Below are positions 1 through 9,231 of a DNA stretch of 41,053 nt, piece after piece (within the stretch, counting starts at the first letter, position 1; each line of letters starts with the position of its first letter). The translations under genes were made by a program, and so were the position numbers. The notes under the pieces were generated by a model. The model was given only the letters and a program-made list of their open reading frames with translations, did no database searches and was not told where the DNA came from. Source of the stretch: Candidatus Magasanikiibacteriota bacterium. GTDB taxonomy: Bacteria > Patescibacteriota > Patescibacteriia > Magasanikbacterales > UBA922. The stretch lies in the NCBI GenBank assembly GCA_018650085.1, contig JABIGQ010000035.1:1-41053 (forward strand), written 5' to 3'.

Positions 1-398
1 TCACCCTCAACTAGTTTTGATTTGCTGGCATAGTTAGGTGGAATGGTATATGTTTTTCCATCTTCTCCTATCATTTCTTGCCCATTAAATACTCCTTCAA
101 TTATTTCTCTATCTTTTGAAGATGTAGTTTGTTCATAATCTCCTGTAGAAAGTGTAGGAAGTCGGACTCCTTTTTCGATCATTGTGAGCATTGCATCTAG
201 TTGATCTTTCATATGTAAGATCATTTTTTTTAATTCAGTAGTACTTGGGCTTGTTTCAGGAGTGTCTATTGTTGTTTCTTTTATAAGTGTCTGTGTTTCT
301 ATAATAGGGGATGGTGGAGCAACAATAGGCTGTTGTGGTAGATTTATCGGTGCGGCAGGAGGTTTTCCTGGATGTAGCACTGTTCCAATGTGATCCAT
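1..398 (-). CDS. Conserved CPR-type hypothetical protein, 5' part (runs off window start)
   Basis: Not in the ORF track. ATG at 398 reads MDHIGTVLHPGKPP...IIEGVFNGQEMIGEDGKTYTIPPNYASKSKLVEG with no stop to the window edge. I recall the NYASKSKLVEG motif from CPR hypotheticals. Confidence 0.8.
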   Translation of the reverse strand, partial: MDHIGTVLHPGKPPAAPINLPQQPIVAPPSPIIETQTLIKETTIDTPETSPSTTELKKMILHMKDQLDAMLTMIEKGVRLPTLSTGDYEQTTSSKDREIIEGVFNGQEMIGEDGKTYTIPPNYASKSKLVEG

Positions 399-424
399 AT
401 TTGTTTTTATATTAATAATGATTT

Positions 425-520
425 ACGTCATTGCGAGTTGCCGATAGGACAACGCGGCAATCCCGTACTTTATTGCGCTAAACTCTGGGATTGCTTCGTC
501 GTTCCTCCTCGCAATGACGT
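425..520. repeat. CGTC-tagged REP/RPE-like palindromic element
   Basis: Perfect 13-bp terminal inverted repeat ACGTCATTGCGAG (425-437) / CTCGCAATGACGT (508-520), with inner stem GCAATCCC (457-464) / GGGATTGC (487-494). GC-rich within an AT-rich spacer. Confidence 0.8.
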
Positions 521-533
521 GATTTATTTTTAT

Positions 534-3122
534 TTAAAGTGTTGGTTCTATAGCATCAGTATTTCCTTTTATAATTTCACCCAATTTTGATCGTTCTATG
601 ATTTCAGTAGATACTATTGTTTTATCTCTCCCGTATTTAAGACGAGATAGTTGAGTAATAGCATTAGCAAGTTCTTTATTCCCTTCTGTTGGGGGATCTG
701 GACGCATAAGGAACGGTTTACTTGCTTGGTTATCTATGAGCATTTTTGTATAAAAAGAAAATTGTGGAGCATTTATAAGATCATAGGAACCAAATACTGG
801 AGCAAATTCTTTTGCTAAAATTTCTGAATCATCTGGCCCTATACGCCCAGACATCATAGTACCTACATTTCCAAGTATAGCATCTCGTACATCTGATTTT
901 CCTTTATCATCGACTAGTTGCCCCATATATTGATGAGCGACAATAAGATCTAATTTATATTTTCTGGCTTCAGATAGAATTGTAGAGATAGAGTCAGTAA
1001 TAAAGTTTTGGAACTCATCTATATAAAGATAAAAATCTTTTCTATCTTCTTCTTCCATATCAGCACGCCCCATAGCAGCCATTTGGAGTTTTGCCACCAC
1101 AATTAGCCCTAGAAGTTTAGAATTTACTTCTCCTGTTTTTCCTTTTGCGAGATTTACCAATAGAATTTTTTCATTATCCATAATGTCACGGAAGTCAAAA
1201 CCAGATTGTTGTTGACCCATGATATTTCTCATCATTTCGTTTCCTACAAATCGTCCTACTTTTGATACCAAGTATCCTAGCATTTCTGATTTTTGGTGGT
1301 CACTTGTCTTTGCCATTTCTTTTTCCCAGAAAGCACGAACGACTGGATCTGTTACTTTATCTAAATATACTTTTACATAATCATCATCTGTAAACATGCG
1401 TGGAATGTCTACGATAGTTCCTGGATTATCAATATCAGCCATGAGGGTTAACATAACATTTCTCATCTGATGTTCAAACATTGGCCCTATCATTTCAGGT
1501 GGAAAAAGTTTATAAAAGATTCCTATCATTTCTTGGACAGCAAAGTCTCTTTCATCTTCTGTTTTTGGCCCAAGCATATTTAGTCCAATTGGTCTTTCTA
1601 GATCAGAAGGATTAAAGATAATAACATCATCAGCTCTATGTTTTGGGATATGTTGAAGGATTGCTTCTACTAAATCTCCATGAGGATCTACTACTGCTAC
1701 ACCTTTTCCTGCTTGTATGTCTTGGATAGCGAGGTTTGCAATAGCAACAGATTTTCCACTTCCAGATTTTCCTATAATATAGAGATGACGACGACGGTCT
1801 GCCTCTTTTATAAATACATCTTCTTTTTGGCCTCTATATTCTACAAATCCAAGTTTCAATCCTTCTTTTGGTAAATTGGCTGGTGGCGGGGCTCCTCTTC
1901 CGGAGAGCCATTTTATATTTGGTGCTTCTGTAGAATGCAGTGGCATATGCCAAAGTGAGGCCATTTCTTCTGTATTCATAACCATGCCCCATTTTTTTTC
2001 AAATGTTCTATAAATAAATTGTTGGATTAATCTTTTTTGATTTTTTGGCACTGCTGCTTTAAAACTATTTCCATATCTATAAAGGTTATACTGACTAAAT
2101 GAATTAAGCAGATTATCTAAATTCATTTGGGCGGTCATTTCATCATCTGATGTGGTGAGAACACGTAAAGTGACTTCTAATCCTCCTTTACTTAGTTTTT
2201 CTTCGATGCCTTTTAACATTTCTTCTTCCATGCCAGAAAGTTCATATTTTTTTTCTGGTGTTATGCCATCTTTTTCTTTTTTACTTCCTTTGAGTAGTTC
2301 TCCTAGAGTTTCTCCTGATTTTTTCATGGCACGCCCAAATCCAGAAGTCAGGGCAACGTCTTCAAATTTGTTTCCTTTTTTTACTTCTCGTACAATACGG
2401 ATAGCATCATTACGCCATGACTTTGGGGCACTACGTACGACAAATTGAATGGCAGCACTGCTTTCTTTTTCTCGTATTTTTGCCAGTACATTTAATACAC
2501 CAGAGAGGGGATCGGAGTCCATTTTTTTATATGTTTTAAATGGAAACACGGCTTTTCTGTCTGCATATAAGTACGCACCCAAGATGGTACTTTTTTCTGT
2601 AAAAATATTATAGTCAGTCATAACGTCAATTTGTGCGTGTGGGTATTGTGCATGAATTTGTTGTTCTATAAAAGGTTGTATTTTTTTTGGGGTATCCACA
2701 TAAAAATAAATCATGCCATTGTGCACGACTATTTCAAAAGAAATATCTGATGTTTTTCCATTAAGCCAGTCTCCAAACCCTTTTTTTGCTTTTAGGCCTG
2801 CAATTGTTGAAAAAAATGTTTCTGTGATACCAATTTCTTCTTTTACTTGCTCTAGCCTATCTTCTTGTCCTGCTTGCCCGCCTTGTCCTTCTGATTTTTT
2901 TTCTTTTGGGACTTGTATTTGTAAGACAATACGTTCAAACGCAACTAGCTTTTTATTTTTTCCATGAAGTACTGCTCGTATAATAAAGAGTGTCGTAACA
3001 ATAGATGATATCCCAAATACAGAAAATAAACCAATCATCATCATTTGTTCTGAAATAGCAACGGACGCTATGGGTGATTGACCGTATGGGTTTGCAGTAA
3101 ATTGAATTAGAAATGAAAGCAT
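534..3122 (-). CDS. VirB4/TraG/VirD4-like (DUF87/HerA-FtsK superfamily) ATPase with N-terminal TM helix
   Basis: Walker A GKSGSGKS after RRRHLYIIG, VVDPHGDL, Walker B YLYIDEFQNF, LSEARKY, AHQY; hydrophobic N-terminal segment. Confidence 0.85.
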   Translation of the reverse strand: MLSFLIQFTANPYGQSPIASVAISEQMMMIGLFSVFGISSIVTTLFIIRAVLHGKNKKLVAFERIVLQIQVPKEKKSEGQGGQAGQEDRLEQVKEEIGITETFFSTIAGLKAKKGFGDWLNGKTSDISFEIVVHNGMIYFYVDTPKKIQPFIEQQIHAQYPHAQIDVMTDYNIFTEKSTILGAYLYADRKAVFPFKTYKKMDSDPLSGVLNVLAKIREKESSAAIQFVVRSAPKSWRNDAIRIVREVKKGNKFEDVALTSGFGRAMKKSGETLGELLKGSKKEKDGITPEKKYELSGMEEEMLKGIEEKLSKGGLEVTLRVLTTSDDEMTAQMNLDNLLNSFSQYNLYRYGNSFKAAVPKNQKRLIQQFIYRTFEKKWGMVMNTEEMASLWHMPLHSTEAPNIKWLSGRGAPPPANLPKEGLKLGFVEYRGQKEDVFIKEADRRRHLYIIGKSGSGKSVAIANLAIQDIQAGKGVAVVDPHGDLVEAILQHIPKHRADDVIIFNPSDLERPIGLNMLGPKTEDERDFAVQEMIGIFYKLFPPEMIGPMFEHQMRNVMLTLMADIDNPGTIVDIPRMFTDDDYVKVYLDKVTDPVVRAFWEKEMAKTSDHQKSEMLGYLVSKVGRFVGNEMMRNIMGQQQSGFDFRDIMDNEKILLVNLAKGKTGEVNSKLLGLIVVAKLQMAAMGRADMEEEDRKDFYLYIDEFQNFITDSISTILSEARKYKLDLIVAHQYMGQLVDDKGKSDVRDAILGNVGTMMSGRIGPDDSEILAKEFAPVFGSYDLINAPQFSFYTKMLIDNQASKPFLMRPDPPTEGNKELANAITQLSRLKYGRDKTIVSTEIIERSKLGEIIKGNTDAIEPTL

Positions 3123-3125
3123 ATA

Positions 3126-3668
3126 TTATTTTGGCATTGCCTTATGTTTTTTGTGAAGTCCTAAGATTTTTTCTGTTTTAATTTTTGCTTCTTGTTCTAA
3201 AAAAAATCTGTTTATTCCAGGGAGCATTTTTAACCATTCAAAGAGTAGTTTTAAAATAGATTTAGTTCGGACATGTGTTTTTTTCAAAAGTTGGCGAATT
3301 TGGATAGCAGTTTGTTCTCCTTTTATTTTAAATTCTTGTCGTTCTACTGGGGAGAGGGAAGTAAATGCTTCTTTTAATCCTTCTTCCATAATATGCTCTA
3401 CTTCTATTGTTATAGCATCTCGTACAATGGGGATCGCTCTTTGTTTTTGTTTTTTTGAAATGCGAAGTTTTCTTTTTAGTGCATCAATAGTAGATTCTAC
3501 AGATGTTTCTTTTCCTTTTTCTGTGGGTTCTAATTCTTTTATTTTTTCAATTTCCATGTCAAAAGCACCTGGTGCTTTTATTTCAGGTGTTTTTATTATT
3601 TGTTCAGGAGACTCAGGAATATACAAAGGGCGTATATCCTGTTCGTGTGGTGTCACGTTTGGTGACAT
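3126..3668 (-). CDS. Hypothetical protein (CPR-type, C-terminal WLKMLPGINRFFLEQEAKIKT)
   Basis: 180-aa ORF ending 3 bp before the ATPase start, co-directional. Confidence 0.75.
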   Translation of the reverse strand: MSPNVTPHEQDIRPLYIPESPEQIIKTPEIKAPGAFDMEIEKIKELEPTEKGKETSVESTIDALKRKLRISKKQKQRAIPIVRDAITIEVEHIMEEGLKEAFTSLSPVERQEFKIKGEQTAIQIRQLLKKTHVRTKSILKLLFEWLKMLPGINRFFLEQEAKIKTEKILGLHKKHKAMPK

Positions 3669-3741
3669 AAAATATATGTACTAATTATTAACGTAATTAT
3701 ATTATATCAAAAAATAAGAAAAGATGCTATTAAGTTCCGTA

Positions 3742-3770
3742 TAGACAAAGAAGATGTTTCATTATATAAT
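3742..3770 (+). promoter_or_regulatory. sigma70-type promoter of the large surface protein gene
   Basis: TAGACA (3742-47), 17 bp, TATAAT (3765-70). Confidence 0.65.
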
Positions 3771-3803
3771 AGAGATACATTAATAATTAATACATATATT
3801 TTT

Positions 3804-6800
3804 ATGAATATGAAAAGGTTTCTTTTTACTTTTATTGTGTTAGGGGTGTTTTTATTTCTCCCAAGAATTTCGCATGCAGCGTCAAATATTTCATCTTGTA
3901 ATATTACAGCAACGGATACTGCTATAAGTTCCTCAGAAAATGAAGTAGTGTTTACTGTTAATTATCTTACTTTTGATCCTGTTATTGTAGATTATCATGA
4001 AAAATTAGCTATAGATAGAAAAGGAGAATTAGATACTATTCATGAAGTATCAGCAAGTGATGTGCTTCTTCCAATAGGGGCTGGTTCATATAGAAAGAAT
4101 TATTCTGTAATATATGAAAAAGGTACTGCATTAAACATGGTATTGGAAGCTCAAATAGGGGATACTGAATGTAAGACACTGGCACTTCCTCTATCTACAT
4201 TTGGTGCAGCGTCAAATGTAGATATAAGTAGTTGTTATGTAGAAGCTACAGACAGTGTTTCTAGTGATACGCATAATGATATTTCATATAATGTTATGTA
4301 TACAAATGCAGGGGCTGTAGATACGGAGGATTATTCTATAAATATAAAAACAGATAAACTAAAAGATCTCACATCTTATTTAGCCAATACTGAATTTTTA
4401 GAGGGGAAAAATTTATTATTTAGTACAGCAAGTGATCTTTCATATAGGCGAGATGAGGTAACATCTTTTGTTGTATCTGCATCTATAGGGGAAACACAGT
4501 GTAGTCCGAAAACAGTTATTACGAGACAACCAGTATCATCTTGTCTTGTAGATTTTCCAAGGATGAATAATGTATCGCAAGGAGTATGGGATCTATCTTA
4601 TACGGTGATGTATTCAAAAGTTGGAGATGAAGGAGTAGATTTTCGAGAAACAGTAGGTGTGGATGGACATGGATTATATCAAAATAATACAGAATCTGGG
4701 TACCCTTTGATAAATGGTGTAGATAATATAACAGCAGAAAGGACCGTTCGATTTGAAAACTCTTTTTTTAATATTATAGATGATGCGCAATTACCAGTGA
4801 GCCTTGATGTATATCTTGGTGGATTTAAATGTGATGGAATAGATATTCCTAGGGAATTATTTCAACAGGCTGAGGAAGAAGTAGTTGTGCATACTCTTCC
4901 AGAACCAGAGGATCCAGATGTTGAACCAGAACAAAGTAATATACAACCAGTGTCATCTTGTTTTGTTTCTGTACAGGTTAAAAATGTAGCTAATGAAGAT
5001 GCAGGAAGATTAGATCTTAGGTATACTGTGAGATATTCAAAAGTTGGGGATGAAGAAGTAGAGTTTAGAGAAATTTTAGGTGTGGATGATTATGCAATAG
5101 ATCAGAATAATGTAGAATCGGGGTACCCTTTGATTGATGGTGTAGATAATATAACAGCAGAAAGAACAGTTCGGTTTGATAGTGTTTTTTTTAATTTTAT
5201 AGATGACGCACAAGCGCCACTTAGTCTGGATGTATATTTAGGTGGATTTAAATGTAATGGAGCAAATATTCCTAGGGAAGTATTTCCACAGTCTGAAGAT
5301 GATATAGAAGTTCCAGATCCTGTAGAATCAGTAGAGGAAAATAATGATGACCCAGATGATGAAGAGGATGTACCAGTTGTAGAGATGTTACAAGTCGATA
5401 TGGAACCAGTATCATCTTGTGCTGTAAGTATAATAGATGGGGCTATAGTAAATGCAGAAAAGAATTCTATTAGTTATCTTGTAACATATTCTAAAATAGG
5501 GAGTGAATATCTAGGATATGGAGAAATAGTTGGAATAATGAATGGAACTGAATTGCCACTATATATAGGTGGGCAAGATAGTTATTATGTGCGTAAGGGA
5601 GATAATAATACACTGCCAAAAAGAACAATAATTTTTAAAAGAGGCACAATGGATTACTCTGCAGGGGAGCCTATTACTGTGGCAGTAGCTATAGGTGGTG
5701 TGGAGTGTGCAGTAGATACTATTTCTAGAGAAACATATTTTATTCCAGAATTAGTACAAGAAAATGAAGTTATAGAAGCTGCCCCAGTAGAAATTTCAAA
5801 TGAGTCTCCAGAATCTTGTCGTGTAAAAGGACGCGATCTCATTTATGATGGGAAACAAAATAAAATAGAATTTCATATTGAATATACCAAATTGGGAGGT
5901 GTCTCTGAAGTCCCATATTCTTACAGTATTATCTCAGATTCAGAGCATGTATTACATGAAGAGATTAAAGACAAACAGTTTTTAATGAAAGGAGCAGATA
6001 TTTCTTTGAATAATCAAAAATTTTATTATCCACGAGAAAATAAAAATAATACTTTGATAAAGGCAAGTTTAGGAAATACAACTTGTGAATCTTTGGATTT
6101 GCGTGTATCTCAACCAATTGTGGTGGATGATATAGAGATTCAAGAAAATGGTGATGTAGGTGATCCAGAACAATTAGAAGGTGAGCCTGAACCACTTCCT
6201 GTTGAGATGATGGGATTAGAAGAAGGAGGAGAACAAGAAGAAGCCCCAGCAGCAGAAGAACAGGTGGCAGAGGTTGTGGAAAATCCATTTGCGGAGGCAC
6301 CACCAGTAGAAGAAGCTGTGGACAATGGGGACGCTCCAATAGGCAATGGTAGTAGTTCTTCTGGCAGTGGTTCTCGAGTTGTGGTTTCAACTGGCGACTC
6401 TGGTAATAATCCTGTGGTAGATACTGAAGATCCTACATGTAGAGTTGTAGCAGAGGGTAGAGTAGTAAATGGACATCTTGAAATTGGTTCTGGTATAGAA
6501 TATAGAAATTTTGAAGATGGAGATTATCAGTATGTATTAAGTGGTAGTTCACTTATTTCACCAAACAATGGAAAAATATATCAAGGAAATATTAGTTTTA
6601 CAAATGATTCTGGAATGATTATTCGTGTGGTAAATAATGCGAGTTTTCCAATGTCTTTTCAATCTGATAATGCAGAGGATGTATTTGTGCTTAATGCAGT
6701 GTTAAATGGAGTAACGTGTCAATCAGTATCATTTGATTATACTCAAATAAATGATGCTATTGAAACAGCGACAGTAGCCAATGGAAGTACTACTGATACT

Positions 6801-7088
6801 ATAGGACCAGGAGTTGCAGTATCTTCTATATCAGTTATTCCAGCAGGTATTGACGAAAGTGATGTTTCTGCGTTACTATCATTGGAGTTGTTAGACGGAG
6901 AAACTATAAATAGAAGGATTCGTTTTACTGGTTTCCCTGTACCAAAGAGTGTCGCTATGACAAAAGAAAAGAGTAATAATATATTTATTCTTATCGCGGT
7001 TTTAGCACTTGTTGGATTAGGATCTGTAGGTTACGGATTGTATCGTCTAAAGAAAAGAAAAAAACACAGTTTTATCCCATATGAATAA
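3804..7088 (+). CDS. Large secreted, C-terminally membrane-anchored acidic repeat protein (7 Cys-pair modules)
   Basis: Signal peptide ending ISHA|A; seven modules starting (S/T)C and ending G-x-x-C; Pro/Glu and Gly/Ser linkers; C-terminal TM helix plus RLKKRKK. Confidence 0.85.
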   Translation: MNMKRFLFTFIVLGVFLFLPRISHAASNISSCNITATDTAISSSENEVVFTVNYLTFDPVIVDYHEKLAIDRKGELDTIHEVSASDVLLPIGAGSYRKNYSVIYEKGTALNMVLEAQIGDTECKTLALPLSTFGAASNVDISSCYVEATDSVSSDTHNDISYNVMYTNAGAVDTEDYSINIKTDKLKDLTSYLANTEFLEGKNLLFSTASDLSYRRDEVTSFVVSASIGETQCSPKTVITRQPVSSCLVDFPRMNNVSQGVWDLSYTVMYSKVGDEGVDFRETVGVDGHGLYQNNTESGYPLINGVDNITAERTVRFENSFFNIIDDAQLPVSLDVYLGGFKCDGIDIPRELFQQAEEEVVVHTLPEPEDPDVEPEQSNIQPVSSCFVSVQVKNVANEDAGRLDLRYTVRYSKVGDEEVEFREILGVDDYAIDQNNVESGYPLIDGVDNITAERTVRFDSVFFNFIDDAQAPLSLDVYLGGFKCNGANIPREVFPQSEDDIEVPDPVESVEENNDDPDDEEDVPVVEMLQVDMEPVSSCAVSIIDGAIVNAEKNSISYLVTYSKIGSEYLGYGEIVGIMNGTELPLYIGGQDSYYVRKGDNNTLPKRTIIFKRGTMDYSAGEPITVAVAIGGVECAVDTISRETYFIPELVQENEVIEAAPVEISNESPESCRVKGRDLIYDGKQNKIEFHIEYTKLGGVSEVPYSYSIISDSEHVLHEEIKDKQFLMKGADISLNNQKFYYPRENKNNTLIKASLGNTTCESLDLRVSQPIVVDDIEIQENGDVGDPEQLEGEPEPLPVEMMGLEEGGEQEEAPAAEEQVAEVVENPFAEAPPVEEAVDNGDAPIGNGSSSSGSGSRVVVSTGDSGNNPVVDTEDPTCRVVAEGRVVNGHLEIGSGIEYRNFEDGDYQYVLSGSSLISPNNGKIYQGNISFTNDSGMIIRVVNNASFPMSFQSDNAEDVFVLNAVLNGVTCQSVSFDYTQINDAIETATVANGSTTDTIGPGVAVSSISVIPAGIDESDVSALLSLELLDGETINRRIRFTGFPVPKSVAMTKEKSNNIFILIAVLALVGLGSVGYGLYRLKKRKKHSFIPYE
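4527..5291 (+). repeat. Intragenic duplication (modules 3 and 4)
   Basis: ~4527-4868 and ~4944-5291 share long DNA blocks (e.g. GGGTACCCTTTGAT, GGTGTAGATAATATAACAGCAGAAAG, GGTGGATTTAAATGT, ATTCCTAGGGAA). Confidence 0.85.
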
Positions 7089-8610
7089 AAAACCATACTT
7101 TATTTCTACCTCTATTCCATACGTGAATGCTCAACCACATGTTGGGCATTCACTGGAGTATATTGAAACAGATGCTGTTGCCAGATATAAACGCTTACTT
7201 GGTAGTGATGTGTTTTTTTTATCAGGAGCAGATGAAAACTCACTAAAAAATGTACAAGCCGCAGAAAAAGCAGGGAAAGATGTACAAACATTTGTAGATG
7301 AACATTCTCGCTATTTTTCTGCTTTTAAAGATTCATTAAATATTTCTTTTGATGATTTTATAAAAACTACAGAGAAACGTCATAAAGATGGAGCCCAAAA
7401 ATTGTGGGGTAAGTTTGACAAAAAAGATATAGAAAAAAAGGCATATAAAGGATTATATTGTGTAGGGTGTGAGGCATTTTTTAAAGAAGAAGAATTAATA
7501 GATGGAAAATGTCCAGATCATAAAAAAGAACCAGAAGTGATAGAAGAAGAAAATTGGTTTTTTAAGTTATCAAATTATCAAAAACAGTTAAAGGAGTTAG
7601 TTGAAAAAGATATTATAAAAATCACACCAGAGTTTAGAAAAAATGAATGGTTAGCTTTTATAGATAGAGGATTGGAAGATTTTAGTATTTCTAGATCAAA
7701 AGAACGTGCGCATGGGTGGGGAGTAGAAGTCCCAGAAGATGATGAGCAAATTATGTATGTTTGGGTAGATGCATTGTCCAATTATACCAATGCCTTGGAT
7801 TTTAGTGGAGATGAAACATTATATAAAAAATATTGGGTACAAGGAGAAGAAAGAGAAGTAGTACATGTTATTGGAAAAGGAATTGCAAAGTTTCATGTGC
7901 TTTATTGGCCTGCTATGCTTTTATCAGCTGGAATGCCACTTCCTACAGAAATATTTGTGCATGGGTACATGACTATTGAAGGAGAAAAGATGAGCAAGTC
8001 TTTGGGTAATGTTATAAATCCAGCTGAATTAGTAGAAACATATGGAAAAGATGCGGTACGGTATTATTTCCTGGGAGCAGTATCTTCTACAAAAGATGGT
8101 GACTTTTCAAAAGACCGTTTTGAAGAATTTTATACTGCACATCTGGTAAATGGGATTGGAAATTTAACTAGTCGTGTTCTTACCATGCTTGAAAAATATT
8201 CCGAGGGTGTTGTCCCTACTATTTCAGCAGATTGTTTTCATACAGATAAGATATATGCATCATATATACATGCATTTGAAAATTATGCATTTGAGGGAGC
8301 TATAAAAAGTATAAATGAGTTAGTCCGTGCAATTGATACAAAAATTTCAGAAGAAAGACCGTGGGAAAAAGCAAAAAATGGAGAAGATATTTCTGAGTTA
8401 CTGTATCAATTGGTAGAAGGATTACGCCATATTGCTCTTCTTCTTATTCCTGTTATTCCAGACACTGCACAGAAAATTTTTGCACAACTGGGGTATAGTG
8501 AAGAAGAAATAAAATCTTTTCTATTTGATAAAGAAAAAGAATGGGGAGTATTGGAACAGGGGACTGATGTGAAAAGAGATAATATACTCTTTGCTAGGTT
8601 AACATCATAG
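7081..8610 (+). CDS. metG: Methionyl-tRNA synthetase (short form, no C-terminal tRNA-binding domain)
   Basis: PYVNAQPHVGH (HIGH), YCVGCE..CPDH knuckle, YVWVDAL, KMSKSLGN. Confidence 0.95.
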   Translation: MNKKPYFISTSIPYVNAQPHVGHSLEYIETDAVARYKRLLGSDVFFLSGADENSLKNVQAAEKAGKDVQTFVDEHSRYFSAFKDSLNISFDDFIKTTEKRHKDGAQKLWGKFDKKDIEKKAYKGLYCVGCEAFFKEEELIDGKCPDHKKEPEVIEEENWFFKLSNYQKQLKELVEKDIIKITPEFRKNEWLAFIDRGLEDFSISRSKERAHGWGVEVPEDDEQIMYVWVDALSNYTNALDFSGDETLYKKYWVQGEEREVVHVIGKGIAKFHVLYWPAMLLSAGMPLPTEIFVHGYMTIEGEKMSKSLGNVINPAELVETYGKDAVRYYFLGAVSSTKDGDFSKDRFEEFYTAHLVNGIGNLTSRVLTMLEKYSEGVVPTISADCFHTDKIYASYIHAFENYAFEGAIKSINELVRAIDTKISEERPWEKAKNGEDISELLYQLVEGLRHIALLLIPVIPDTAQKIFAQLGYSEEEIKSFLFDKEKEWGVLEQGTDVKRDNILFARLTS

Positions 8611-8632
8611 ATTTATTTTATAATAAAAATAT

Positions 8633-9169
8633 ATGCCTGTCATAGATATCTATTTTAGTATTTTTACCATTATTCTCGTTGGTTTAGGTGTTTGGCGTGG
8701 TTTACTCTATGGTATGATTTCTCTTGTGGGAACTGTTCTTGGAGTACTTCTTGCGAGTTGGTATGTAGAGCCTATGGCGGGGTGGTTGATAGAGCGATTT
8801 GATTGGGCGGCTAATTTATCTCGCATAGCAATATTTGTAGTTTCTTTTATTCTTATTATGCAGATTGTGCGGGTTGCATTTTGGGGATTAAAAAAGGTGT
8901 CTCGTTGGTTTAATAGAATTCCATTATTGGGCTGGACAAATAGGCTTCTTGGTGGAATATTTGGTTTTGTTCAGGCAGTTATTATCTTGGGGATGTTAGT
9001 GTATGTTGTGGAGAGATTCCCATTACACGAGGGGCTTATGAATATGATTGCAGGGTCTAATATGGCGCCATATTTGCTTTTATCTGTGAGTTGGATTATT
9101 CCTTTTTTGCCAGAGGCATGGAAAGCGCTTCAGTCTACTGTAGATTATACGAAAAATATAATAAAATAG
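8633..9169 (+). CDS. cvpA: CvpA family membrane protein
   Basis: GVWRGL near the N-terminus, NRLLGGIFG motif, four TM segments. Confidence 0.8.
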   Translation: MPVIDIYFSIFTIILVGLGVWRGLLYGMISLVGTVLGVLLASWYVEPMAGWLIERFDWAANLSRIAIFVVSFILIMQIVRVAFWGLKKVSRWFNRIPLLGWTNRLLGGIFGFVQAVIILGMLVYVVERFPLHEGLMNMIAGSNMAPYLLLSVSWIIPFLPEAWKALQSTVDYTKNIIK

Positions 9170-9231
9170 TGAATATACAAAACGAGATATACTTATTTAA
9201 TATGTTGTATAGGGTTAAAATAAAATAATAT

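Noticed and set aside
390-590. 66-aa ORF
   Set aside because: Spans the palindromic element and overlaps two opposite-strand genes; likely spurious.
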